From Bacteroidales bacterium (GTDB taxonomy: Bacteria; Bacteroidota; Bacteroidia; Bacteroidales; FEN-979), in assembly GCA_014860625.1 (NCBI GenBank), contig JACZJJ010000161.1, positions 7,120 through 71,119 on the forward strand: DNA of 64,000 bases, read 5' to 3'. Of this stretch, positions 39,859-48,466 are shown one piece after another (position 1 is the first letter of the stretch; each line of letters starts with the position of its first letter). A program made the translations under genes and the position numbers. The notes beneath the pieces were generated by a model that was not told the origin of the DNA, did no database searches, and saw nothing but the letters and a program-made list of their open reading frames with translations.

Positions 39859-41184
39859 TTATTTAGAGGTGTTGACCCCGATGCAGAAGTAGTCGAATCC
39901 TTTTTGGTTTAGTTCTTCGCCGTCGTAAATATTCCGTCCATCAAATACGACATGCTCCTTGAGCAGCTTTTTAACGACTTTCCAGTTCGGGAATTTAAAT
40001 TCGGGCCATTCGGTGATCATCAGTAAACAATCTGCATCAATCAGAGCATCATATTGATCTTCCGCATACTCGATTATATCCCCAACAATTCGTTTTGTCT
40101 CATGCATGGCAACCGGATCATACGCTCTGACCTTTGCACCCGCATCCAGAAATAGTTTAATCATAACCAGGGCAGGAGCTTCACGCATATCGTCAGTCTG
40201 AGGTTTGAAGGAGAGTCCCCACATAGCGATCACTTTCCCTTTAAGATCTCCCTTGAAATATTTTTTAATCTTCTCGAACATGACAGATTTCTGGTCATCG
40301 TTCACAGCCTCCACAGCTTTGAGAATCCGAAGAGAGTGTCCAAATTCGTCGGATGTTTTTATCAGGGCCTTGACATCTTTCGGGAAGCAGCTTCCGCCAT
40401 AACCTACGCCAGGGTAAATGAATTTTGTGCCGATCCGGCTATCGGAACCGATCCCTTTGCGAACCATATTCACGTTGGCGCCCACAATCTCGCACAGGTT
40501 GGCGATATCATTCATAAAGCTGATTTTCGTGGCTAGCATAGAGTTGGCTGCATACTTTGTCATTTCGGCAGAGACAATATCCATGAAGATGACCGGGTGG
40601 CCGTTGAGCGTAAATGGCTTATACAATGTTGACATCAGCTTCTCGGCTTTCGGGGAGTCGCAGCCAACAACAATTCTGTCGGGCTTCAGGAAGTCATCTA
40701 CAGCGGCACCCTCTTTCAGAAATTCGGGATTGGAGGCAACATCAAACTTGATGTCTACACCCCGTATGTTCAGCTGATCCTTAATGGCTTTCCGGACCTT
40801 TTCGGCAGTCCCGACAGGAACGGTACTTTTGGTCACCATGAGAACATAGTCTTCCATGTATTTGCCAACATCACCGGCAACTCCAAGAACATATTGCAGG
40901 TCGGCGCTGCCATCTTCATCCGGTGGAGTTCCCACAGCGCTGAATATCACCTCACAGTCTTTCAGGGCTTCCTGAATGCTGGTTGTAAAGTGGAGTCTTC
41001 CTTTTTTCACGTTGCGGTGAACCATCTCCTCAAGTCCGGGCTCATAAATTGGGATAATCCCTTCCTTGAGGTTGTTAATCTTTTTCTCGTCGATGTCCAT
41101 GCAGGTGACATCGATGCCTACTTCTGCAAAACATGTGCCTGTAACAAGGCCCACATAACCGGATCCAACAATTGCGACTTTCAT
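39859..41184 (-). CDS. ugd: UDP-glucose 6-dehydrogenase
   Basis: 441 aa. Contains VGSGYVGLV, the catalytic Cys context [10 protein letters not shown] and LGLSFKP.TDD.RE. Confidence 0.9.
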   Translation of the reverse strand: MKVAIVGSGYVGLVTGTCFAEVGIDVTCMDIDEKKINNLKEGIIPIYEPGLEEMVHRNVKKGRLHFTTSIQEALKDCEVIFSAVGTPPDEDGSADLQYVLGVAGDVGKYMEDYVLMVTKSTVPVGTAEKVRKAIKDQLNIRGVDIKFDVASNPEFLKEGAAVDDFLKPDRIVVGCDSPKAEKLMSTLYKPFTLNGHPVIFMDIVSAEMTKYAANSMLATKISFMNDIANLCEIVGANVNMVRKGIGSDSRIGTKFIYPGVGYGGSCFPKDVKALIKTSDEFGHSLRILKAVEAVNDDQKSVMFEKIKKYFKGDLKGKVIAMWGLSFKPQTDDMREAPALVMIKLFLDAGAKVRAYDPVAMHETKRIVGDIIEYAEDQYDALIDADCLLMITEWPEFKFPNWKVVKKLLKEHVVFDGRNIYDGEELNQKGFDYFCIGVNTSK

Positions 41185-41230
41185 AAAATCAATTTTAGTA
41201 TTAGTAATTTAGTATCATTGCATAACAAGG

Positions 41231-41238
41231 CAAATATA
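41231..41238 (-). promoter_or_regulatory. Candidate -7 promoter box (TATATTTG on the minus strand) for the ugd-uxs-rfbD unit
   Basis: TAnnTTTG match about 47 nt upstream of the ugd ATG. Confidence 0.4.
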
Positions 41239-41300
41239 TCAAATCGGAGTGAAAAATGCCAAGCAATTCTAAATAATTATTGGGGAGGAATTGTTAATAA

Positions 41301-42104
41301 CTACAACTTCAATTTTGTCTGGATGATTTTCACCTCCTCCCGTAGTTTCTTTACGCTTTGGGTCAGGTAATAATTTTCTGCATTCTGGTTTTCAGGTACC
41401 TCCTGACTGATATAGTGCACAAATTGCCATACTTCCCGGATGTCTTTCACTTCAAGATCGTAAGGTTCATAAAGCGGATTCAGGGAGTGCAGGATCAGCT
41501 TTCCACCACTCTTGATGAGGTTTTCAACCACCTTGAACACAATCCCTTCATCAACCGTGAGGATGATGTATGCGTCTTTGTCGCGGATGGAGGTCCAGTC
41601 CTGGACGAAAACCCCGGTTACGTATGCTCCATGGGGGATTGGGAGCATAGAGTCTCCGCTGATCTGGAAGGCGCGGTATTTTTTCTGTTTTGAGAGAAAT
41701 GGCAGCCTGAAGGTAGGGAGAATGCTGATGTATTCAGGGTCGGCAAAACCGCTGGTGTAGCCGGCTTTGGCTTTTTCCGAGACCAGTTCAATATTCTCTT
41801 CATTGTCGGGGCCCACGGTAGATGCCAGAACACGGAGGTTCGATCCTTTCAGGAAGACATCAAAACCCCTTTCAACCTGGCGTACCTGGCTTTCGGGAAG
41901 TTTGGTAAGGTCGACCCGGATCAGCGTATCGATAGCAATTTTGTAAAAATTGGAGAAAGAGATGAGCGCCTCCATCCCGGGCTGGGCGATGTTGTTCTCA
42001 TACCCACTGAGGGTTGAGCGTTTCATCCCAAGTGAGTTGGCAACATCATCCTGGGTAAATGCCCTGCGTTTCCGTAGAAATTTAATGTTCGAGTTGAAAA
42101 ACAT
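41301..42104 (-). CDS. XRE-HTH + S24 peptidase repressor (non-canonical LexA / CI-like)
   Basis: 267 aa. N-terminal HTH (FTQDDVANSLGMKRSTLSGYENN), a possible Ala-Gly cleavage site (KAKAGYTSG) and the S24 Ser motif ISGDSMLP with a downstream Lys. Divergent from dinB. Confidence 0.8.
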   Translation of the reverse strand: MFFNSNIKFLRKRRAFTQDDVANSLGMKRSTLSGYENNIAQPGMEALISFSNFYKIAIDTLIRVDLTKLPESQVRQVERGFDVFLKGSNLRVLASTVGPDNEENIELVSEKAKAGYTSGFADPEYISILPTFRLPFLSKQKKYRAFQISGDSMLPIPHGAYVTGVFVQDWTSIRDKDAYIILTVDEGIVFKVVENLIKSGGKLILHSLNPLYEPYDLEVKDIREVWQFVHYISQEVPENQNAENYYLTQSVKKLREEVKIIQTKLKL

Positions 42105-42124
42105 ACGAATAAGTTTTGGTACTG

Positions 42125-42154
42125 CAAATATAATGATTATATTGTAATCGCAAA
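42125..42154 (-). promoter_or_regulatory. Candidate promoter of the S24 repressor gene: -33 TTTG (42151-42154) and -7 TATATTTG (42125-42132) on the minus strand
   Basis: Both consensus elements are present with an 18-nt spacer. The -7 box ends 20 nt upstream of the ATG. Confidence 0.5.
42127..42143. promoter_or_regulatory. Perfect 8-1-8 palindrome AATATAAT-G-ATTATATT, a candidate operator
   Basis: Read directly. It lies in the 62-nt divergent spacer, overlapping the repressor's -7 box and sitting 24 nt upstream of the dinB ATG. Confidence 0.5.
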
Positions 42155-42166
42155 ATTGATTAAAAA

Positions 42167-43321
42167 ATGATCAAATCCATCGTCCACCTCGACCTCGACA
42201 CCTTCTTCGTGTCGGTAGAGCGGCTTGTCAATACCGAGCTGGAAGGGAAACCGGTGATCATTGGGGGCACCTCCGACCGGGGGGTGGTGGCCAGTTGCAG
42301 TTATGAGTCGAGGAAGTTTGGAGTACATGCCGGGATGCCGATGAAAATGGCCCGGATGATGTGCCGCGATGCCATTATTGTCAGGGGCGACATGGAGCTC
42401 TATTCGAACTATTCGCACACGGTGACAGATATCATCGCCGAACGGGCGCCGATGTATGAGAAGGCTTCCATTGATGAACACTACATCGACGTGACCGGGA
42501 TGGATCGTTTTTTTGGCTTGCTGCAATGGACGCAGGAGTTAAGGCAGGCGATTATTAAAAATACGGGACTGCCGATCTCATTCGGGCTCTCAGTCAACAA
42601 AACGGTTTCCAAGATCGCTACCGGGGAAGCAAAGCCCAACGGCGAACTGTTTGTGCAGCAGGATGCCGTGAAGCCGTTTCTGTCACCCCTCTCGATCCGC
42701 AAAATCCCCATGATCGGGGAGAAGACTTACCGACTGCTGCGCTCGATGGGCATCGTTACCATCGATACCCTCAGCCAGATGCCGGTAGAGATGCTGCAGC
42801 GGGTGATGGGAAAGAATGGGATCGTGGTCTGGGAAAAGGCCAACGGCATCGACCGCACAGCCGTCCACCCGTATCACGAGGCCAAATCGGTGAGCACTGA
42901 GAATACTTTTGAGCAGGACAGCATCGACATCGTACGGATGAAGGAGATCCTGGTGAAGATGGTGGAGAAGGTCTCCTATGAGCTGCGCGACAAGCAGAAG
43001 CTCACATCCTGCGTGACGGTGAAGATCCGCTACTCGAACTTCGACACCCACACGCTGCAGAAACAGGTGCCATACACGGCATTCGACCATGTGCTGATCC
43101 CGGTAGTAAAAGAGCTGTTCGACCGGCTCTACCAGCGCCGCATGCTGATCCGCCTCATCGGCGTCCGCTTCAGCAGCCTCATCACCGGAACCCCGCAGCT
43201 CAACATGTTTGAAGACAGTACCGAAATGATCAACCTCTACCAGGCGCTGGACCGTATGCGGGATAAGTACGGGAGGAAGATTGTGCGAAGGGGAGTGGCG
43301 TGTGAGAAAGTAGGAGAGTAG
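42167..43321 (+). CDS. dinB: DNA polymerase IV (Y-family)
   Basis: 384 aa. Contains HLDLDTFFVSVE, the SIDE catalytic motif and the typical little-finger region. Confidence 0.92.
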   Translation: MIKSIVHLDLDTFFVSVERLVNTELEGKPVIIGGTSDRGVVASCSYESRKFGVHAGMPMKMARMMCRDAIIVRGDMELYSNYSHTVTDIIAERAPMYEKASIDEHYIDVTGMDRFFGLLQWTQELRQAIIKNTGLPISFGLSVNKTVSKIATGEAKPNGELFVQQDAVKPFLSPLSIRKIPMIGEKTYRLLRSMGIVTIDTLSQMPVEMLQRVMGKNGIVVWEKANGIDRTAVHPYHEAKSVSTENTFEQDSIDIVRMKEILVKMVEKVSYELRDKQKLTSCVTVKIRYSNFDTHTLQKQVPYTAFDHVLIPVVKELFDRLYQRRMLIRLIGVRFSSLITGTPQLNMFEDSTEMINLYQALDRMRDKYGRKIVRRGVACEKVGE

Positions 43322-43382
43322 GAGGGTAGGGGGGTAGGGAGGTAGGGAGGTAGGGAAGTAGGGAAGTAGGGATGTAGTTTAG
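43311..43382. repeat. Octamer tandem array, 9 units of TAGG(G/A)(G/A)NG
   Basis: Read directly. The dinB stop (TAG, 43319-43321) is the start of unit 2, and the last unit contains the stop of the convergent T9SS gene (43379-43381). The whole convergent spacer is array. Confidence 0.9.
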
Positions 43383-45889
43383 AGTATCACCAGCTTCTTG
43401 ATTTCTCTGTTTTCGCCGGCTTCAACAATAACCACATATAAACCAACAGGAAGTTCGGAAATATCCAACGTTACATCGTTCCCTTCCCAGGTAAATTGTT
43501 TCATTAACTGTCCGGATACACTTAAAATTCTAACGGTTGCAGATAATGAAGCATTTTTCAGGTTAGTTGATAGAAGAACAAAATCAGCTGCCGGATTTGG
43601 AGTCAACTGCAGCCCGATATGATTCAGTTCAATTTCACCGGTAGGAATATAGAGTGTATTCGTGTATGATATCAGGTTGCCGGCAATAATATAATGGGGG
43701 TTAAAGCCTGAGTTGCAATCGCTGCAGGTAACTCCCGTGATACAATCGGGATGGTTCGGGTGACAATAATCAACATAACCCGGATAGAATTCATATACGA
43801 GCTCCACATCAGAGACATTAACAAACGGTGTCAGATCATATTCATACACGTAACTGATCGATCCCGGACACCAACCTGCCCGGTTAAAGTACCACGTGCC
43901 GTTTTGTGGCTGGCACCCATCAGGATTAGGATTGCAGGTTACCAATAAGTGCTGGTCGAACTCAGTGCCGTTGACTTTTATCTTATGTGTCGCATTATAA
44001 AACTCTGCAGCATTTCCTGTATTCAGGTCTCCCCAGCCATGACCGGTGTTGATTATCTTTAATTTTGAAGCCTCAACTTCCGGTTCAAAGTCCCAGATGA
44101 TCGTATCCATTGGCTGCATGCTGGCATAATCACCAAAAGGGAAGGTTCCCCGCCAGATAACATCCACCCAACTATATTTATACTGAGGAATTCCCTCATG
44201 GAAACCAAACGTTACATCCACGATGAACCCCTGTGCATCGGTACCAATACTGAACCGCATCTCAACCAGCCCCTGGAATATTGAAGCATAGTCTGTAGCA
44301 TCAAGGGAATGGTCGCAAGGGACGCCATAAGGAGTAATATACCGGAAAATTTCAACCCATTCACCGGTTGGTCCTTTTGCTTCCATATTACCTACCCTGT
44401 CCCATGCGTCGCAACCACCACTTGGGCAGGTCACATCCAGATAGGCCATGATCTGATCGAATGATCCAACATAGGTTGGAAACACAAAGTCCTGCGTTAC
44501 AGAAGTAGAAGTGCTGGTACTGATATGTGTATGGTCAAATGCCTGAACAGTAAGATCTGAAACCTCATTTGTCACTTCAAACGTTACCGTGCCCGACGAA
44601 ACCATACCGCCCGTACTTGTGGCATTTATCGTCATAGAGTAATTTCCGAAGGTCGATGGGGTCCATTCTGCACTATAATATCCGGTGTTCCAGGTTTTCT
44701 CTGTTAGGAAAATCGTTTGTCCGTCAACAATACAGGATACTCCGGTAATGCTTAATACTTCGGGATGTTCAATATAAGCTGAAGCAACAATTAAAATAGG
44801 ATTCAGTTCTGCCATATAAACCTTCGTATTATCGGCTGGTCTGCGTATGGTGAGATCAGGGGAATATGCTGTTGCATCCACCACTTCGAAGGTTTGAAAA
44901 ACATCCGGAGCCGGAGCCCATGTAGGATCACCCTGTTGGCTGGCTTTTATAGTTACGAAACCTGCAACACCTGTAAGTGTTACAGTATTCCCATTCAAGG
45001 TGGCAGGCCCATCGGTTATTTCAAATACCACAGGCAGACCGGAGGTTGCTGTAGCCTCAAGGATAAATGGAGGATCGGTAGTCAGTTTGTTGGGAATGGC
45101 AGTAAAATCAATAAACTGTAGCAATCCATTGTTTTCCGGTTCCCTGATTGTGATGTCATCAAATCCACCGGTTGCTCCCTGGGAGTGAAAAAAGATGCCG
45201 TCCCATACTGTACGGTCCTGTTTATTGCCTGATCCCGGAGTCAGCCCCATATTAACTCCCTGCACTTCAGTTACTGCTATCCACGTGCCGGTAATACCCG
45301 GATCATACGATAGCGCTACTGCTCCTTCACCATTGTTTGCAGTAAAATCGAGCACCATTTTATATCTGCACCATCCATCGTTTGCAACATTAAATGAAAC
45401 GGAATTTCCATCTGGCAGAACGATCTTGTTATTAGCGGGATTCTGCGCTGAGATGTTGACATAAATACCACCATCGTTGGGTTCGGTAACCAGGCCGGGA
45501 GCAATATGCCCATCCCCGTCGGCATCGAAACCGGCTCCAAAAAACATACCCCAGTAGTTTCGGTACATGTCGATCTCCATTTCAATCGTATTCGCCTGGG
45601 TGAAATCAAAGTTGAAATTGGGAGTAGCCTTTCTCGTTGCTGTACGGCCAAATCCGCCGCCACTGGAATTGTAAAAGACGGCCAGGGTCCCGTCATGCGA
45701 AGCAACACTGCCGGCGGCGTAATCCACAAGCATATCGGACGGGCCTGCTGTATGCAGTATAGTTACCCAGTCATCCTGCCCATCCAGATTACCTATTGAC
45801 AAACTATTGAAATTATAATCATATTCAACCTGAGCATGAAGTGCAATTGAAAAGATCAGTATGAACGATAATGCGTATAAAGATTTCAT
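43379..45889 (-). CDS. Secreted multidomain PNGase-F-like protein with T9SS type-A C-terminal sorting domain
   Basis: 836 aa with a signal peptide and an N-terminal beta-sandwich module of about 250 aa. Ig-like modules follow, then a region colinear with Elizabethkingia PNGase F as I recall it. Matching motifs are CPSGGCDAWDRV...GEWVEIFRYITPYGV, TGHGWG...NAAEF..THKI.VNG..F and NPDGCQPQNGTWYFNRAGWCPG. The C-terminus is Por-secretion-tail-like (TPNPA...LSVSGQL...LPVGLYVV...KKLVIL). Confidence 0.75.
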   Translation of the reverse strand: MKSLYALSFILIFSIALHAQVEYDYNFNSLSIGNLDGQDDWVTILHTAGPSDMLVDYAAGSVASHDGTLAVFYNSSGGGFGRTATRKATPNFNFDFTQANTIEMEIDMYRNYWGMFFGAGFDADGDGHIAPGLVTEPNDGGIYVNISAQNPANNKIVLPDGNSVSFNVANDGWCRYKMVLDFTANNGEGAVALSYDPGITGTWIAVTEVQGVNMGLTPGSGNKQDRTVWDGIFFHSQGATGGFDDITIREPENNGLLQFIDFTAIPNKLTTDPPFILEATATSGLPVVFEITDGPATLNGNTVTLTGVAGFVTIKASQQGDPTWAPAPDVFQTFEVVDATAYSPDLTIRRPADNTKVYMAELNPILIVASAYIEHPEVLSITGVSCIVDGQTIFLTEKTWNTGYYSAEWTPSTFGNYSMTINATSTGGMVSSGTVTFEVTNEVSDLTVQAFDHTHISTSTSTSVTQDFVFPTYVGSFDQIMAYLDVTCPSGGCDAWDRVGNMEAKGPTGEWVEIFRYITPYGVPCDHSLDATDYASIFQGLVEMRFSIGTDAQGFIVDVTFGFHEGIPQYKYSWVDVIWRGTFPFGDYASMQPMDTIIWDFEPEVEASKLKIINTGHGWGDLNTGNAAEFYNATHKIKVNGTEFDQHLLVTCNPNPDGCQPQNGTWYFNRAGWCPGSISYVYEYDLTPFVNVSDVELVYEFYPGYVDYCHPNHPDCITGVTCSDCNSGFNPHYIIAGNLISYTNTLYIPTGEIELNHIGLQLTPNPAADFVLLSTNLKNASLSATVRILSVSGQLMKQFTWEGNDVTLDISELPVGLYVVIVEAGENREIKKLVIL

Positions 45890-45926
45890 TTATCAAAAAT
45901 TTGATTTCACAGAAGTGAATTAAAGC

Positions 45927-48446
45927 CTATTTCTGGATAATGAGCCTCTGGGTTTCGACCTTGCCATTTGCCCTGACAGTTACAATGTATGCACCGTTAG
46001 AGTATGATGACAAGTCAATTGTTGTGGCTACACCAACCAGGTTAAACTGTTCGAGCAACTTTCCCGACAAATCAACAATGTTCACCATCCCGTCAACGGG
46101 TGCATCCGGACAAATAACAGTAAATTTAACCAATCCCGTGGTTGGGTTCGGTGACATCCTGATGAAGGTTTCTTTACCGCTACCGGGATCTGCAATACCT
46201 ACCGTTGTTGGGTTGTCCACGAAAACAACAATGTTTGTTGCTACTACAAGGAAAGGGTTGAATCCATCGTTGCAATTTGCACAGGTGACTCCTGTAACAC
46301 AAGCAGGATGATTGGGGTGACAGTAGTCCACATAGTTTTCGTAGAAAACATAGTCCATGTCAATCGATCCCTGTGAGATATAAGGCGTAAGATCATAGTC
46401 AAACCATTGGGCGATCGCTCCCGGGCACCAGCCGGCACGATCATAATACCAGGTCCCGTTCTGAGGCTGACATCCGTCGGGATTCGGGTTGCAGTCATAC
46501 CAGTTATGCTGCTCAAACGTTTGGGTACCGTTAATCCAGATGTGGTGGGTGGCTTCATAGAACTCGGCTGCATTGTTGCTGTTCAGGTCTCCCCATCCAT
46601 GACCTGTAGAGACCAGTTTCAGTTTTGCCGCAACCGTATTCTCTGTAAATGAAAAGCTGTAGCTGTCAACAGGTTGCATCATCGCATAATCACCGAAAGG
46701 ATAGTCGTCATCCCAGATTTCATAGACAAATCCATAGTTATGTAAAGGCGTCCCTTCATTGTAATTGAGGATAAGGGAGTAGTCAAATCCGTTATCCAGG
46801 GTGGCACAGTTTACCCTGAAACTTATTTTGCCCTGAAGCAGCGACATGTAATCTGTCAGATCAATGCTGTGTGAACACGGTACGCCGTATGGAGTGATGT
46901 AGCGAATGATTTCAATCCATTCCCCGTTGTGTCCCCTGGCTTCCACACTGGCTACCCTGTCCCATTCACCGCAACCACCGCCGGCGGCAGGACAAGTCAC
47001 TTCCAGGGTTCCGATAATCTGGTCAAAAGCCCCCATGAAAGAGGGCAATTCAGCATCTACCGTCACAGAGGGGATGCTTGGATTGCACCATACTTTATCT
47101 ACTGCCAGCGCCTCCATGTCGGAAGCTGTTTGTACAATATTGATGTTAACAACTTGATTTGCAATGGCGCCAAAATTATTCGACGAATTGATCGTGATGC
47201 TGTAGTTCCCAGGTGATGGTGGGCTCCACCATCCCATGTAATGATCCTCCGGGTAAGGCACCGGAGTAATTGTCTCTCCGTTCACTTCAAATGTCACATC
47301 TTCGACCCAGAACAATTCGGGATAGTCTATGGAAACGATTGCGGCCAGCTGAATGGGGCCCATTACCGGTACATAGACATCTCCTGACAACGGATTTCTT
47401 GCATCAACCAGAGGGACATTGGCATAGGGGTCGATGACCTGGAAGGTGTTCACAACAGGGGCTGCAGGATCATACTGTCCGTTCCCGGGCTGCGTAGCCT
47501 CTATCTGAACCTGGCCAGGGGCACCCGTTAACGTAACGATGTTGCCGGCAACTGTGGCTGGCCCCGAAAGTACTTCGAATTCCACCGGAAGTCCGGAGGT
47601 AGCTGTTGCCTCAATTTCAAATGGGTCATCAATGGTTAAATGGTTGGGAATCTGAGGGAAAGAGATAGCCTGGTATCCCGGGTTCAGGGTGCCGTTGAAG
47701 TTGGATGTTTCTCCAACCAATGCGAAATTAAAGAGTTCGGCATCCCGTTCGCCATTTCCTATTTCACAGATTAGATGTGTAATGGAGGTGTTGTTGCCAC
47801 CTGGTTCTCCCTGATTAAACTTATAGTACATCTGGAGGTTGGCCTCAGTTCCCGTGAGTTCATTGTTAATGATATCCTGAATTTCAGTTTGTGTCAGTGC
47901 TTTATCCCAAACAGACACTTCATCAATCCGGCCACCGTACACAAAATTAAACCCTCCCAGTGGGCTGATCCCAATCGCAAATGGGACATCGGCGTTAGAG
48001 AAAGTTCCTGATGCAGAGGAACTCCCAACAAGGGTTCCGTTCATGTAAAATGAGACGGAGGAGCCGTTGTAGATCCAGGCAATGTGCTGCCATATCTGAG
48101 GGATCAGGGTATTGGCAGGGGTTACGTACTCATGCAGACCAGTCGTTGATTTCAGCCGGCACTCCATCTTGCCGTCGTTAAGCTGAATGAGGTAGAATTC
48201 CCCGTCGCCTGAGCCTGACCTGAAGCCCATATATCCCTGGCCATACGCCAGTTGGTCGCAATAAAACCATCCTGTGATGGATAGTGCATTTGTACCGGTT
48301 ACATATTGACCGCCCTCATCAAGCTGGACGTAATCGTTCTCTCTGTCGAAATGCAGGTACTGGTTCGATTGTGAAAACAGAAATACTGGTTGCAATGCGA
48401 CCAGCATGATGAACATAATGCGAAATGTGTCGTACGTTGTTTTCAT
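45927..48446 (-). CDS. Secreted LamG-domain + PNGase-F-like protein with T9SS type-A C-terminal sorting domain (paralog of 43379-45889)
   Basis: I start at MKTTYDTF... (48446), which avoids overlap with susD. LamG/Laminin_G_3 motif GRIDEVSVWDKALTQTEIQ. It has the same Ig-like and PNGase-F-like motifs (CPAAGGGCGEWDRV...GEWIEIIRYITPYGV, TGHGWG..NNAAEF, DRAGWCPG) and a T9SS tail (SPNPTTG...DLSGKL...NGAYIVTV...QRLIIQK). Confidence 0.75.
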   Translation of the reverse strand: MKTTYDTFRIMFIMLVALQPVFLFSQSNQYLHFDRENDYVQLDEGGQYVTGTNALSITGWFYCDQLAYGQGYMGFRSGSGDGEFYLIQLNDGKMECRLKSTTGLHEYVTPANTLIPQIWQHIAWIYNGSSVSFYMNGTLVGSSSASGTFSNADVPFAIGISPLGGFNFVYGGRIDEVSVWDKALTQTEIQDIINNELTGTEANLQMYYKFNQGEPGGNNTSITHLICEIGNGERDAELFNFALVGETSNFNGTLNPGYQAISFPQIPNHLTIDDPFEIEATATSGLPVEFEVLSGPATVAGNIVTLTGAPGQVQIEATQPGNGQYDPAAPVVNTFQVIDPYANVPLVDARNPLSGDVYVPVMGPIQLAAIVSIDYPELFWVEDVTFEVNGETITPVPYPEDHYMGWWSPPSPGNYSITINSSNNFGAIANQVVNINIVQTASDMEALAVDKVWCNPSIPSVTVDAELPSFMGAFDQIIGTLEVTCPAAGGGCGEWDRVASVEARGHNGEWIEIIRYITPYGVPCSHSIDLTDYMSLLQGKISFRVNCATLDNGFDYSLILNYNEGTPLHNYGFVYEIWDDDYPFGDYAMMQPVDSYSFSFTENTVAAKLKLVSTGHGWGDLNSNNAAEFYEATHHIWINGTQTFEQHNWYDCNPNPDGCQPQNGTWYYDRAGWCPGAIAQWFDYDLTPYISQGSIDMDYVFYENYVDYCHPNHPACVTGVTCANCNDGFNPFLVVATNIVVFVDNPTTVGIADPGSGKETFIRMSPNPTTGLVKFTVICPDAPVDGMVNIVDLSGKLLEQFNLVGVATTIDLSSYSNGAYIVTVRANGKVETQRLIIQK

Positions 48447-48466
48447 GATGACTGATTTTAGTTGTT

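Noticed and set aside
11054-43382. Whether the short tandem arrays could be CRISPR arrays or a degenerate form of them.
   Set aside because: Units are 7-8 nt and directly abutting, with no unique spacers. Arrays are under 100 nt. No cas genes or leader-like sequence are present.
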